Assembly: GCA_041746575.1 (NCBI GenBank)
Contig: JBGTGT010000098.1
Coordinates: 32,001-96,000 of the forward strand
Length of the DNA stretch: 64,000 bases
Reading direction: 5' to 3'
DNA from: Microcystaceae cyanobacterium
Lineage (GTDB): Bacteria; Cyanobacteriota; Cyanobacteriia; Cyanobacteriales; Microcystaceae
In this document: positions 50,226 through 61,324 of the stretch, in pieces
Layout: each line of letters begins with the position of its first letter
Position numbering within the stretch: position 1 is the first letter of the stretch
Notes under the pieces: generated by a model
Told to the model about the DNA's origin: nothing
Databases searched by the model: none
Seen by the model: only the letters and a program-made list of their open reading frames with translations
Made by a program: the position numbers and the translations under genes

Positions 50226-51926
50226 TTACACTGTTGGCCCTGCTTTGGCTAAGATTTCTCCTGCTTCGCCAAACTGTTTAAAATTCTCCACGAAACGTTG
50301 TGCCAACTCTACCGCATATTGATGATAAGATTCGGCATCCCGCCAACTGTTGACAGGATCTAAAATCTTAGTGGGAATACCGGGAACACTTTCAGGGATC
50401 GAGACTTGGAAAATAGGGTGAGGATGATAAAGTACATGGTCTAAATGACCGTTGATCGCTGCATTAATCATCGCTCTGGTGTATTTTAAAGCAATGCGCT
50501 GACCAATGCCATAAATACCGCCAGACCATCCTGTATTGATTAAATAAACCTGAGTATCAGGATGTTGATCTAAGCGATCGCCTAGCATCTCGGCATAGAT
50601 TAAAGGAGATAACGGCAAGAAACATTGACCAAAACAAGCCGAAAACGTAACCTGTGGTGTAGTAATTCCCCGTTCTGTCCCTGCTAACTTACTGGTATAA
50701 CCCGATAGGAAATGATACATCGCCTGTTCTTTTGTGAGCTTTGCAAGGGGAGGCAATACGCCAAAAGCATCGGCGGTTAATAGAAAAATCGTTTTAGGAT
50801 GTCGCCCCATTCCCGACAAGGCACAATTAGAGATATAACCTAAAGGATAGGCCGCGCGGGTATTTTCGGTTAAATGACCGTCATCATAGTCTAAGGTGCG
50901 AGTTTGAGGGTAAAAGGTTACATTTTCGCAGAGTGTACCAAATTGAATCGCCTGCCAGATTTGGGGTTCGTTTTCTTTTGATAAGCGAATGGTTTTGGCG
51001 TAACATCCTCCTTCAAAGTTAAAAATGCCATCATCTGACCAACCATGTTCATCATCCCCAATCAAGCGACGGGTGGGATCAGCTGAAAGGGTGGTTTTGC
51101 CAGTGCCAGAAAGACCAAAGAAAAGGGCAGTGTTACCCTGTTTATCGAGGTTGGCCGCGCCGTGCATCGGTAAAACGCTTTGTTTGGTCATAAAATAGTT
51201 CATCAGGGTGAAAACAGATTTTTTGATTTCTCCTGCGTAGCGAGAGCCTCCGATAATGACCAAACGTTTGGCAATATGAAGGATAATAAAGGCTTCACTG
51301 CGAATGTCATCTTCTTGGGGATCACCCTGTAGACCGGGCATCGCAATCACGGTAAAATCTGCTTTATGATTGGCTAATTCCTCAGGAGTGGGACGCAGGA
51401 ACATTTGATGGGCAAAGAGGTTCTGAGAAGCGAGTTCGTTAATGACCCTAACCCCATAGCGATACTGGGGATCTGCCCCCACATAACCCTCAAAAATGTA
51501 GAGATCCCGACCTTGCACATAAGAAAGGATTTTGCGATAAAGCTGGCTGAATTTTTCCTCAGAAATGGGTGCATTGTGCTGGTTCCAGTCAATTTCGTCC
51601 CGACTACTGGGTTCATGGACAATAAAGCGATCATTAGGGGAACGACCTGTATATTTGCCCGTTTCTACTACTAAAGCCCCATTATCTGCCATGATTCCTT
51701 CTCCTCGCCTTAGGGCGTGTTCAATCAGTTCAGGAACCGGAAGATTGTGGTAAATTTGACCGACGTTTTTGATACCTAAGGATTCTAAGCCGTCTCCCAG
51801 ATGACCTTGTCCGTCGTTATCTCTGGTATAGTGAGGACGAGAATCGGGGGAATGGGAAACGTGAACCGAAGAACGAGCAGAATCGCTCTGCGTTTTACCA
51901 AGATGAACCATAACTGAAGCCTCCAT
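50226..51926 (-). CDS. pckA: Phosphoenolpyruvate carboxykinase (ATP)
   Basis: TGRSP, GLSGTGKTTLS, IGDDEHGW, NFEGGCYAK. Confidence 0.96.
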   Translation of the reverse strand: MEASVMVHLGKTQSDSARSSVHVSHSPDSRPHYTRDNDGQGHLGDGLESLGIKNVGQIYHNLPVPELIEHALRRGEGIMADNGALVVETGKYTGRSPNDRFIVHEPSSRDEIDWNQHNAPISEEKFSQLYRKILSYVQGRDLYIFEGYVGADPQYRYGVRVINELASQNLFAHQMFLRPTPEELANHKADFTVIAMPGLQGDPQEDDIRSEAFIILHIAKRLVIIGGSRYAGEIKKSVFTLMNYFMTKQSVLPMHGAANLDKQGNTALFFGLSGTGKTTLSADPTRRLIGDDEHGWSDDGIFNFEGGCYAKTIRLSKENEPQIWQAIQFGTLCENVTFYPQTRTLDYDDGHLTENTRAAYPLGYISNCALSGMGRHPKTIFLLTADAFGVLPPLAKLTKEQAMYHFLSGYTSKLAGTERGITTPQVTFSACFGQCFLPLSPLIYAEMLGDRLDQHPDTQVYLINTGWSGGIYGIGQRIALKYTRAMINAAINGHLDHVLYHPHPIFQVSIPESVPGIPTKILDPVNSWRDAESYHQYAVELAQRFVENFKQFGEAGEILAKAGPTV

Positions 51927-52369
51927 GTCTGAAAACAGGAAACCAAGAAAGATCGCTATCGGTTGAAAAGGGGGGGTGATGGGGAAGCAGAAGATTTAAG
52001 CTTCTCGTTACATATATTAAGATTGTATTTAAGGCTAACCTTGCGACCCTTCGAAAAAGAGTTGGGTAACAACCCTATTAAAACCTTGATTAAAAAAGGT
52101 TTAGGTGCTATGATAGGAAGTCTGTCTTTCTTATTTTCCCTTATCTTTAGTTTATATTGAACCTTTTTTGATCTGAGGCATTTTAATAAAAGTTAATCAC
52201 TGTATTTTCACGGAATTTAACCTGAATTAAAGGCTTCATTCTCTTGCCTCATCAGGGCTTCAAAATATTTAAATTAAGTCAATATTTACGGTAATTTAGT
52301 CGAAATACTAAATAAATTGTTACAGTTTCTTAATATTTTTCTCATCTTGGAACCCATTTATACTGCAGG

Positions 52370-52388
52370 GGGTGGAATTAATCCACCC
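52370..52388. terminator. Hairpin downstream of rpsF
   Basis: GGGTGGA-attaa-TCCACCC; no clear U tract. Confidence 0.4.
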
Positions 52389-52449
52389 GATTCCTTTAAC
52401 TTGAGTTTGAGAGCCTCTGTTTTGGCTTTGTTGGTTAAGGTGATCTTTT

Positions 52450-52815
52450 TTAAGCTTCTACCGTTTCTGTTTCTGCTTCTGTTTCCACGACGGGAGACGA
52501 CTGCTCTTCTGTTTCTGGCTTAGCAACATCTCCAAGACGAATGGTTAGGAAGCGAATCACTAATTCACTGAGGCGCATTTCCCGTTCTAAGGGAGCGACT
52601 TGTGTGCCATCTGCTTGATAATTGAGCTGGACGTAGATTCCGTCTTGGAATTTCTGGATAGGATAAGCTAACCGACGTTTGCCCCAAATATTGCTGGTGA
52701 GGTTTTGGACTTTGTATTGTGCCAAAAATTCCTCATATTGAGTCACTTGCTGTTTCACCTGTTCCTCAATTAAGTCAGGACGCAGGATATAAATCATTTC
52801 GTAGGATTGGTTCAT
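52450..52815 (-). CDS. rpsF: 30S ribosomal protein S6
   Basis: [10 protein letters not shown]...[10 protein letters not shown]...VIRFL. Confidence 0.96.
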   Translation of the reverse strand: MNQSYEMIYILRPDLIEEQVKQQVTQYEEFLAQYKVQNLTSNIWGKRRLAYPIQKFQDGIYVQLNYQADGTQVAPLEREMRLSELVIRFLTIRLGDVAKPETEEQSSPVVETEAETETVEA

Positions 52816-52827
52816 AGATTTAGGATT

Positions 52828-52904
52828 TCCTTATGGACACTAGGGCTTCTTATTGACCGAATTTTTGAATAATCAAGGTATTTCAGTCTTTTTCAGAAGC
52901 AAGG
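52828..52904 (-). ncRNA. S6:S18-type ribosomal protein leader (cis-regulatory RNA)
   Basis: Minus strand CCTT-GCTTCT...AGAAGC-CCTAGTGTCCAT-AAGGA: inner stem plus CCUU/AAGG pairing over the SD, with a C-rich internal loop. Confidence 0.6.
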
Positions 52905-53045
52905 CTTTGAGCCAAATTCCTATGAAGGTTAGAAATTTAGCCCGATTGACCATTCTAGCAGGAAACGTGATCCAATTGCACTTGTGCTTAGAGAACCGTG
53001 AATCATTTGTCCTGAAAACCGAAAAATAGGCTCCCTAAACTGAGC

Positions 53046-54236
53046 TTACTTACCCATGCCTAATTGTTGAGCTTTTTGATAGACTTTACCTTCCGTTAGC
53101 AAAGAAGGCGCAATAACGACCTCTACCTGTTGCATTTCTTGCATATTCTTCGCCCCTAACGTTCCCATACTGGTTTTTAATGCCCCCAGTAAGTTATGGG
53201 TTCCATCATCTAATTTAGCAGGACCCGTGAGGATTTCAGCGATCGTTCCGGTTGTTCCCACATTGATCCTTGTACCACGAGGTAATACAGGGCTAGGAGT
53301 CGCCATCCCCCAATGATAACCACGACCGGGAGCTTCTGCCGCTCTCGCAATGGGTGAACCAATCATCACCGCATCGGCACCACACGCAATACACTTACAG
53401 ATGTCACCCCCTGTCACAATGCCTCCATCTGCAATAACAGGGATATAACGCCCGCTTTCTTGGAAATAATCATCTCTTGCCCCAGCACAGTCTGCTACCG
53501 CCGTCGCTTGCGGAACCCCGACACCTAACACTCCGCGAGAAGTACAAGCCGCACCCGGCCCAATCCCGACTAAAATGGCGGCCGCCCCAGCTTTCATTAG
53601 ATTAAGGGCGACTTCGTAGGTCACACAGTTGCCCAAAATCACGGGCATCGGCATTTCTTGGCAAAATTGACTTAAATCTAGGGGCTTTACAGATTCAGAA
53701 GATAAATGCGCCGTCGATACGACTGTTGCTTGCACAAAGACTAAATCTGCTCCAGCTTTTGCCACGAGTTCTCCATACTGCCCTGCCCCGGCGGGAGTTA
53801 AACTCACCGCCGCAATACCCCCTTGAGCTTTAATATCTGTAATTCTTTGGGTGATCAATTCAGGTTTGATCGGTTTAGCGTAGAGTTCCTGCATTAGTCC
53901 CACAAATTCGGTTTTTCCGACCGATACAATGAGATCAAGAATCGGGTTAGGGTTATCATAGCGGGTTTGAATACCTTCTAAATTTAAGACCCCGATTGCC
54001 CCTAATTGAGCAAGATGGACAGCCATCGGCACATCCACCACCCCATCCATGGCACTCGCTAAAATAGGGATTTGCCGTTGAATAGAGCCAATTGTCCAGC
54101 TTGTGTCGGCTAGACTAGGGTCAAGGGTTCGCCCCCCCGGAACAAGCGCAATTTCGTCAATTCCATAGGCTCGGCGAGCCGTTTTGCCCTTACCAATCAT
54201 CGTTTCCACCGTTATCGTCTCTCTTTCTGAATCCAT
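53046..54236 (-). CDS. GuaB3-family IMP dehydrogenase-related protein
   Basis: [28 protein letters not shown]; start probably the GTG at 54209. Confidence 0.92.
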   Translation of the reverse strand: MDSERETITVETMIGKGKTARRAYGIDEIALVPGGRTLDPSLADTSWTIGSIQRQIPILASAMDGVVDVPMAVHLAQLGAIGVLNLEGIQTRYDNPNPILDLIVSVGKTEFVGLMQELYAKPIKPELITQRITDIKAQGGIAAVSLTPAGAGQYGELVAKAGADLVFVQATVVSTAHLSSESVKPLDLSQFCQEMPMPVILGNCVTYEVALNLMKAGAAAILVGIGPGAACTSRGVLGVGVPQATAVADCAGARDDYFQESGRYIPVIADGGIVTGGDICKCIACGADAVMIGSPIARAAEAPGRGYHWGMATPSPVLPRGTRINVGTTGTIAEILTGPAKLDDGTHNLLGALKTSMGTLGAKNMQEMQQVEVVIAPSLLTEGKVYQKAQQLGMGK

Positions 54237-54396
54237 TAAGCTAGGCTAACAAATTTTGGCACAATTGAAAACTGGTTAAACGGTTGAGCGGAAGCCCGTT
54301 TGTTGTTCAGTCAACTTGCTTTTTTCCTTTTCGCAACAAGGCCAGATTACTGCAATAATGGTGAGAGTAAGCCCAAGGTAAGCCAGTAGAAAACAA

Positions 54397-56385
54397 GTGG
54401 AAAAGGGAACGTTAGTCGAAGTAAAAATTCAAGGAGAACGTCGCCTTGCCGTGGTTGACCGTCCTGAAGGGAAAAAAGACTGGATTGTGATCGATCAAGG
54501 GGGACAATCCCATAAAATTCGCCCACAAAGGGTCGAATACACGATTAATGGTCAATCTTACACTTATCAAGAGATCCCCGCCTTTTTGCAAGCCGTCGAA
54601 AAATATCTCGATCCGTCTAATCTCGCCATCGCTTGGGAGTTACTGGTTGAAGAGGGAACGCCTGTTACCCCCGAAGAATTGGCGCAACTTATTTTTTCTG
54701 AGGAAGAGGCGGCCGTTTTCTATGCCGCCCATTGTTTATTGTCTGATGACAAAATCTACTTTAAAAAGAAAGGGGAGGGCTACGATCCTCGATCCGCTAG
54801 TCAAGTCGAAGAAATTAAACACCAACTCGACGTTCAAACTCAGCGAGGTCAAGAGAAAGAAGAATTTATCGGTCATATTCAGTCCGCTTTAGCCGGAGAA
54901 ACCGTTAAATGGACAGACAGCGATTACCAAAGATTGGAAATTCTCGAACGTTTTGTGCTGTATCCTGACAATAATCCCCGTCAGGCGCAAGAGATTTTAA
55001 CGTTAATCGGACAATCTGCCACCCCCGACCAAACGTTGGAGCTATTGGTTAACCTTAAATGGTGGAGTCCCCACGAAAACCTCTTTCTTCGCCGAAGTGG
55101 TTATCCACTCCAATTTTCTCGAAAGGTACTCAATGTGGCCCAATCTTGCTTAGAATCTCCTCCCCCCGATCCGGATCTCCAACGACGGGATTTAACACCG
55201 TTAAAGGTTTATACCATTGATGATGAAAGTACCACCGAAATTGATGATGGTCTGAGTGTAGAACGTTTAGCCGATGGCAAGGTGCGTTTATGGATTCATA
55301 TTGCCGATCCCAGTCGCTTGATTTCTCCTGAAGATGAGTTGGATTTAGAAGCAAGACGGCGCAGTACCAGTCTTTACTTGCCTACCGGCATGATTTCCAT
55401 GTTTCCCACGGAATTAGCGACCGGGCCAATGAGTTTAGTCCAAGGTCAAGATTGTGCGGCCTTAAGTTTTGGCGTTATTTTAGATGAAACGGGAGCCGTA
55501 GAAGCCTATGAAATTGCGCCGAGTCGAATTAAGCCAACTTATCGCTTAACGTATGAGGATGTCGATGAAATATTGCATTTAAACATTCAAGCAGAATCAG
55601 AGATTCAGATTCTCGCCCAAGCGGCACAGTTGCGTCATCAATGGCGGCAAAGCCAAGGTTCTATTAATATTGCCATGCCAGAATCCTCGATCAAGGTGAA
55701 GTCGGATGAGGAAATTGTGATTGAGTTATTAGATAATTCCCCTTCTCGGCGATTAGTGGCAGAAATGATGATTTTAGCCGGAGAAGTTGCCGGAAAGTAT
55801 TGTCAAGATCACGGGATTCCTGTTCCTTTTAGGGGACAACCCCAGCCGGATCTACCCCCTGAAGAGGAGTTATTAATCCTCCCTGCCGGTCCTGTGCGCG
55901 CTTGTGCTTTGCGCCGTTGTATGCCCCGTAGTGAGATTAGCACGATTCCCAGTCGTCACGCTAGTCTTGGCTTAGATACCTATACACAGGTGACTTCACC
56001 GATTCGGCGTTATACGGATCTTTTAACCCATTTTCAACTCAAGGCCCACTTAAGGGGCGATCCGTTGCCTTTTTCCACTGAGCAAGTTCAACAAATTCTC
56101 TACAGTGTGACTCAATCCGCTTATGAAGCTGTGTTAGTGGAAAGACAAACCAATCGTTATTGGTGTCTAGAATATTTGCGCCGCCAGTCCGACCAAGTAT
56201 GGCAAGGATTAGTCTTAAGATGGTTGCGGGAAGACGAAAATTTGGCGATTATCCTGCTTGAAGAGTTGGGCATCGAATTACCTCATCGCTTTGAACGCAA
56301 GGTCATTTTAGGCGATCGCATTCAAGTACAAGTCAGTCGCTCTGATCCCCATCGAGATGAAATTCGCTTTAAAGAAATCGAATAG
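54397..56385 (+). CDS. RNase II/R family exoribonuclease (RNB domain)
   Basis: TIDDESTTEIDDG, HIADP, VAEMMILA, TSPIRRYTD. Confidence 0.93.
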   Translation: MEKGTLVEVKIQGERRLAVVDRPEGKKDWIVIDQGGQSHKIRPQRVEYTINGQSYTYQEIPAFLQAVEKYLDPSNLAIAWELLVEEGTPVTPEELAQLIFSEEEAAVFYAAHCLLSDDKIYFKKKGEGYDPRSASQVEEIKHQLDVQTQRGQEKEEFIGHIQSALAGETVKWTDSDYQRLEILERFVLYPDNNPRQAQEILTLIGQSATPDQTLELLVNLKWWSPHENLFLRRSGYPLQFSRKVLNVAQSCLESPPPDPDLQRRDLTPLKVYTIDDESTTEIDDGLSVERLADGKVRLWIHIADPSRLISPEDELDLEARRRSTSLYLPTGMISMFPTELATGPMSLVQGQDCAALSFGVILDETGAVEAYEIAPSRIKPTYRLTYEDVDEILHLNIQAESEIQILAQAAQLRHQWRQSQGSINIAMPESSIKVKSDEEIVIELLDNSPSRRLVAEMMILAGEVAGKYCQDHGIPVPFRGQPQPDLPPEEELLILPAGPVRACALRRCMPRSEISTIPSRHASLGLDTYTQVTSPIRRYTDLLTHFQLKAHLRGDPLPFSTEQVQQILYSVTQSAYEAVLVERQTNRYWCLEYLRRQSDQVWQGLVLRWLREDENLAIILLEELGIELPHRFERKVILGDRIQVQVSRSDPHRDEIRFKEIE

Positions 56386-56398
56386 TATTTAAGTAAAT

Positions 56399-56833
56399 TT
56401 GCTTAAATGGGTCGGTTATAATGATCGACTTTTCGTTATACTGCAAACAGTGACGCTTAAATCTGAGTTAAATATGAATCCTACGACAATTTTAGAATTT
56501 TCACGAAACAATTGCCTCGGAATTTGTGCTTTGCTCGTTCCCGCTAGTTTAATCGCTACATCACAAACCTTAATACTGGTTTTTCGGAATACTTCTCCCC
56601 GTTACCGCTATTTTTCGGTAGGGTTAGCTTCCTTCTTTGCGATTTTACAGATTCTTCATGTGGCTTCTTGGTTTGTAATTGGCATTGTTACCCCTGTAAG
56701 CTTTATTTTGCTGAGTTTATCATCTTTTTGCTTGTTTTTGAATCTTTGGACCGCTTCAAATCCTCTCAGTTATCGCTTTTTGCTCAACGTTGGTTTCGGT
56801 CAACTACAACGCTTTACCCCCAAAAAAGCTTAG
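56399..56833 (+). CDS. Hypothetical membrane protein
   Basis: Three hydrophobic segments; start probably the ATG near 56474. Confidence 0.7.
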   Translation: MLKWVGYNDRLFVILQTVTLKSELNMNPTTILEFSRNNCLGICALLVPASLIATSQTLILVFRNTSPRYRYFSVGLASFFAILQILHVASWFVIGIVTPVSFILLSLSSFCLFLNLWTASNPLSYRFLLNVGFGQLQRFTPKKA

Positions 56834-56845
56834 TAGATTTCTTCC

Positions 56846-57379
56846 CTAAGAGAACGATAACAAGGTTTCTACAGAAGCATTAGGCGAGAAAAAAGAGAAT
56901 AAATGTTTATAGCGCAAAATTCCCTCTGAATCAAGGAGAAATTGAGCCGGAAGGGGTGCGCCTAATGCTTGACCTGTCCCATATCGCCGAAAAAGATGAC
57001 ATTCAGGATGACTTAATAAGGGCATTTGTAAGTCTAAATCCCTTGCCACGATCTTGCTTTGTCGGAAATCAGTGCTAGTTATCATTAAAATCTCTATATT
57101 CTTGTCCTGAAATCGCTGATAGTTTTCGTTTAATTCTTTGATATGAGGATAACAAAAAGGACAATATTGCTTTTCTGTGAAAATACGCGTAAACGCTAAA
57201 ATAACAGGGCTTTTTTCTCTATAGTTTGACAATTTTAGAGGTTGTTCCGTTTGGACCTGAATTAATTGAAAGTCAGGAGTCAATTCCCCCAAAGATAGAT
57301 GATTTAAGGCAGGAATAGGGATAAGATTCCGTGCGAATCGTTGATTGAATAAACCCGAAAAATCAGTAGAAGTTAACAT
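56846..57379 (-). CDS. Peroxiredoxin-like AhpC/TSA family protein
   Basis: FTRIFTEKQYCPFC. Confidence 0.85.
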   Translation of the reverse strand: MLTSTDFSGLFNQRFARNLIPIPALNHLSLGELTPDFQLIQVQTEQPLKLSNYREKSPVILAFTRIFTEKQYCPFCYPHIKELNENYQRFQDKNIEILMITSTDFRQSKIVARDLDLQMPLLSHPECHLFRRYGTGQALGAPLPAQFLLDSEGILRYKHLFSFFSPNASVETLLSFS

Positions 57380-57427
57380 GGCTTTTTCATTCTATTGTTA
57401 ATAAGGTATTGTCCCTAGGATAACAGC

Positions 57428-58573
57428 TTAGCGAAAATTAACTTGCAAAATCGAAAGATCATCACCAAATATTTCGGATTGCGTTTTAGCGCGAATTAAA
57501 GATAACAGATAATCTAAAGTATGGGAAGAATCTAACTGATACTGTTCTAATAAAGTTATAAAATTAGATAGTCCTAGGATTTTGCCATTGGGTTGAGGAA
57601 TTTCATAAATTCCATCACTGAAAAGGTACAAAGAAGCCGGAAAATTGAGGGGACAAACCTCTTCACGATAATCGGTATCCAGAAAAAGTCCGACGGGGAA
57701 ACCGTGCGTTTTCAAGAATGTTGTTTGCCATTGATCAGCAAAGTTTTTAGACAGTAAAATAGCGGGTGGATGCCCGGCACTCGCAAATCTTACTTGATAT
57801 TTTCTTCGTTCATATACCCCATACCAAATCGTAAAGTATTTATCATTACGTTGATTCATTTGAAATAAACGATTTAATTCCTCTAAAACCGAAGCAGGTT
57901 GATAATAATTAACATGGGGTAAACTCTGCGATCGCAATAAATTAATCACCGATAAAGAAGGTAACGCAGACCGTAAACCATGACCTGAAACGTCTAAAAG
58001 ATAAAAAACAAAATGATCTTCATCTAACCAAAAATAATCAAATCCATCCCCTCCCAATTGACGCGAAGGAATGAAACGCCCATCAATGCTAAGAATTTCT
58101 GTTTCCAATGGTTCGGGTAAAATGGATTGCACATATTCTGCTGCCTCGGCTAATTCTGCCTCTAATAAATGTTTTTGTTGTTGCAAATCTTCACTTAACT
58201 GATGTAATCTTAATCCTGCCCTCAACCTCGCCTCTAATTCACTCATGTCGATGGGTTTACACAAGAAATCATCTGCACCCGCATCTAATCCTTTTACTCG
58301 ATCCTCCACTGACCCTAGGGATGTTAATAAAATAAAAAAAGTGGTAGATAAAATAGAATTTCCCTTCACTTGTCGACAAACTTCTAAGCCATCCATCCCC
58401 GGCATTAACCAATCACAGATAATCAAAGAAGGATGCTGATTTAGAGCTTTTTCTAAGCCAATTTTACCATTTTCAGCCAATTGAATCTGATAACCACTAC
58501 GAGTTAAAGCGCGATCAAGCAGACGACGCACCGTGGGATCATCATCAATAATCAGAATTTGTGTCATTGTCAA
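57428..58573 (-). CDS. Response regulator with PP2C/SpoIIE phosphatase domain (RsbU-like)
   Basis: REC domain (IIDDD, CDWLMP, KP) plus GGD, DVSGHG, SDG, DDLS. Confidence 0.92.
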   Translation of the reverse strand: MTMTQILIIDDDPTVRRLLDRALTRSGYQIQLAENGKIGLEKALNQHPSLIICDWLMPGMDGLEVCRQVKGNSILSTTFFILLTSLGSVEDRVKGLDAGADDFLCKPIDMSELEARLRAGLRLHQLSEDLQQQKHLLEAELAEAAEYVQSILPEPLETEILSIDGRFIPSRQLGGDGFDYFWLDEDHFVFYLLDVSGHGLRSALPSLSVINLLRSQSLPHVNYYQPASVLEELNRLFQMNQRNDKYFTIWYGVYERRKYQVRFASAGHPPAILLSKNFADQWQTTFLKTHGFPVGLFLDTDYREEVCPLNFPASLYLFSDGIYEIPQPNGKILGLSNFITLLEQYQLDSSHTLDYLLSLIRAKTQSEIFGDDLSILQVNFR

Positions 58574-58721
58574 TAAGATTAGCAGACGAATAGGACGAAC
58601 TTAAACCCGATTTTAAACCCTAATGCCGCTTACACCTTTGATAATACTGCACAAAAAGTTTGCTTTAGTAAATAAATGGATTCATAATTCTTGATCCTTT
58701 ATCATTTAAGCTAAAAGGAAG

Positions 58722-59165
58722 ATGTTGGATGGAAAAAAATTGAGTAGCTCGCAAACGCTGACTTTTGAGATACAAAGCAACCTGAAACACCTTGATCAAG
58801 TTCTAGAACGCTTTGATCAACTTTATCAGCCTTGGATTATCAAAAAAGACTGGTTACAATGCCAACTCGCCTTGGCAGAAGGATTTACAAATGCCGTTCG
58901 CCATGCCCACGCCCAGCTTCCCGAAATTACTCCCATTAAAATTGAATTTCAATTGCAATCTGAGCGCTTAGAAATACGGATTTGGGATCAAGGTTCACCC
59001 TTTGATTTGTTGGAGTATCTCGATAAATTACAAGGAAAAGAACGACAATTACAAAGTCATGGTCAAGGATTATTCATTTTACAAAAGATTGCTACTCATC
59101 TCAGTTATACTCGAACAGCCGATCAGCAAAATTGTCTGTTGATTATTAAAACGTTATCCCGTTAA
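58722..59165 (+). CDS. Anti-sigma factor / Ser kinase (RsbW-like)
   Basis: EGFTNAVRHA, IWDQG.PFD, GQGL. Confidence 0.88.
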   Translation: MLDGKKLSSSQTLTFEIQSNLKHLDQVLERFDQLYQPWIIKKDWLQCQLALAEGFTNAVRHAHAQLPEITPIKIEFQLQSERLEIRIWDQGSPFDLLEYLDKLQGKERQLQSHGQGLFILQKIATHLSYTRTADQQNCLLIIKTLSR

Positions 59166-59172
59166 AAAGGCT

Positions 59173-59994
59173 ATGAATTTCTTATCTTCCCTGATTTCAG
59201 TTGAATGGCTATTTGATCATCTTAACGAACCTAATCTTATCATTGTTGATTGTCGCTTCCAATTAAGCGATTCTGAGCAAGGTTATGAACAATATCGGCT
59301 GAATCATATTCCCCACGCTGTTTATCTGCATCTAGATCAAGATTTATCCGCTAGCCTCAGCCAACATGGGGGACGACATCCTTTACCCTCGGTTGACCAA
59401 TTAACGCAGGTTTTTAACCGTATTGGCCTCCATGCTGATAGTTTCGTGGTTGCTTATGATCATTCTCGTTTTGCCTTTGCCGCACGGTTATGGTGGCTTT
59501 TACGCTACTGTGGTCATCAGAAGGTGGCGTTATTAGATGGGGGATGGTCAGCTTGGCAAAAAGAAGGATATCCTGTGACAAAAGAGATTTATCAGCCAAA
59601 ATTAGGAAATTTTAAGCCAGAAATTCAAGAAAATTGGGTGGTAGATATTGAAACCGTAAAAAGGCGGAAGGATTTATCGTCTGTCGTTCTCGTCGATGCC
59701 AGAGAAAGCGATCGCTATTTAGGCAAACGAGAACCCCTTGATCCCGTTGCAGGTGCCATTGAGGGGGCAATTAACGTCCCTTGGCTCCAAATCACCACCG
59801 ATCAAGGTCTGCTCAAACCCTTAGAATTTCAAAAGAATCTTTGGAAAAATTATAAAAATGCAGAAGAAATTATTGTTTACTGTGGATCTGGTGTAACAGC
59901 CTGTGTGGACTTATTCTCTCTTCATTTGATTGGCTTTAACAATCCCCGACTTTATGGGGGAGGATGGAGCGATTGGTGTTCCTATCTGCGTTAA
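59173..59994 (+). CDS. Tandem-rhodanese sulfurtransferase
   Basis: GGRHPLP, LDGGW, YCGSGVTAC, YGGGWSDW. Confidence 0.92.
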   Translation: MNFLSSLISVEWLFDHLNEPNLIIVDCRFQLSDSEQGYEQYRLNHIPHAVYLHLDQDLSASLSQHGGRHPLPSVDQLTQVFNRIGLHADSFVVAYDHSRFAFAARLWWLLRYCGHQKVALLDGGWSAWQKEGYPVTKEIYQPKLGNFKPEIQENWVVDIETVKRRKDLSSVVLVDARESDRYLGKREPLDPVAGAIEGAINVPWLQITTDQGLLKPLEFQKNLWKNYKNAEEIIVYCGSGVTACVDLFSLHLIGFNNPRLYGGGWSDWCSYLR

Positions 59995-60183
59995 TTGAGA
60001 AAGGCTTGTACAATCTAAGGGAGTAAAGGAGAATTTATCTCTAAACCCCTTCTTAGTGGTGATCCCACCTTCATGAGAGAATTGTGAATTCGAAGGAACA
60101 ATTTCCTTTGAGGGATAAATATTGCTAAGATAATAAACTAACTAAATTATCTATCTATTTATTACTAATCCATTCTATTTTCT

Positions 60184-60732
60184 ATGACTAATGTTAATAA
60201 TAATGGTTGTCCGTACCCTCGAGTTCGGCTATCGATCTTTGTTGATGGGAATAATATGTTTTATGCACAACAGAAAAATGGTTGGTTCTTCGATCCGAGA
60301 CGAGTGTTAGCCTATTTTACGCGTGATCCCGTCATCGATTTAATTAATGCTTTTTGGTATACCGGACTAAAAGATTCGCAAGATCAACGAGGCTTTCGTG
60401 ATGCTTTGATTAGTTTGGGCTACACGGTACGTACTAAAATTTTAAAAGAATATTATGATGATACCTCAGGTCGCTATTCTCAAAAAGCGAATTTAGATAT
60501 TGAAATTGTGGTAGATATGTTTAATACTGTCGATCAATATGATCGGGTAATTTTATTTAGTGGCGATGGAGACTTTGAACGGGCGATTGAATTATTGCGT
60601 TCTAAAAATACTCATATTACCGTCGTTTCAACTGAAGGAATGATCGCCAGAGAACTTAGAAATGCGACCGATCGTTATATTGATTTAAACGATATTCGAG
60701 ATCAAATTGAAAAAAATGATTATAGTTTTTAA
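60184..60732 (+). CDS. NYN domain protein (LabA family)
   Basis: IFVDGNNMFY, KANLDIE, SGDGDF. Confidence 0.9.
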   Translation: MTNVNNNGCPYPRVRLSIFVDGNNMFYAQQKNGWFFDPRRVLAYFTRDPVIDLINAFWYTGLKDSQDQRGFRDALISLGYTVRTKILKEYYDDTSGRYSQKANLDIEIVVDMFNTVDQYDRVILFSGDGDFERAIELLRSKNTHITVVSTEGMIARELRNATDRYIDLNDIRDQIEKNDYSF

Positions 60733-60919
60733 GCTTAACTTAGCTATTTCTTCCGACTGCCCGTCCTTTGCCCCCTGTCTTCTCTTTCCTAATTTTTTTA
60801 AACCATGAACATTAAGGGTTTTATAGATTTCTTAAGTTTAACTTTAAAAAGTAGGATGAGGATTGCCCGAACCTGCAATATATTAGTATAGATACTTTTA
60901 AATCTCCTTATAGACCCTC

Positions 60920-61324
60920 GTGCCAAATTCCCACAAAACGATTAAAGTTGACTTAAATAACGATTATCCCTGTCCTTGTCGTCGCCGCAGCAAACTACAG
61001 CCGATTGTCTTAACTGAAGCCTTTGGTTGCGATCGCTGTCAACAAATCTTTGTTTTAGACGAAAAAGGCCAAGTTATTGAGCAATTATCCTCTAGTTATC
61101 CCTATAAACGGGCGTGGCGTTGGTCAGGTTATCGGTGGATTCCCCTGCGTCCTGGCCTTGGTCAGAGTTCTTTCCCCTTCTTTATGGGCATGATGACGAT
61201 GATGCTTACGGTCGGATTAATGTTAGCATGGCGATCGCAAATTAGCTTATTATTGTGGACAATTCTCGCCTTGTTGCTCGTGGTGCTACCGGCCGTGATC
61301 TTCTGGCTTGTCTATCGCCGTTAA
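60920..61324 (+). CDS. Hypothetical protein (Cys cluster plus two TM helices)
   Basis: YPCPCRR...FGCDRC. Confidence 0.75.
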   Translation: MPNSHKTIKVDLNNDYPCPCRRRSKLQPIVLTEAFGCDRCQQIFVLDEKGQVIEQLSSSYPYKRAWRWSGYRWIPLRPGLGQSSFPFFMGMMTMMLTVGLMLAWRSQISLLLWTILALLLVVLPAVIFWLVYRR

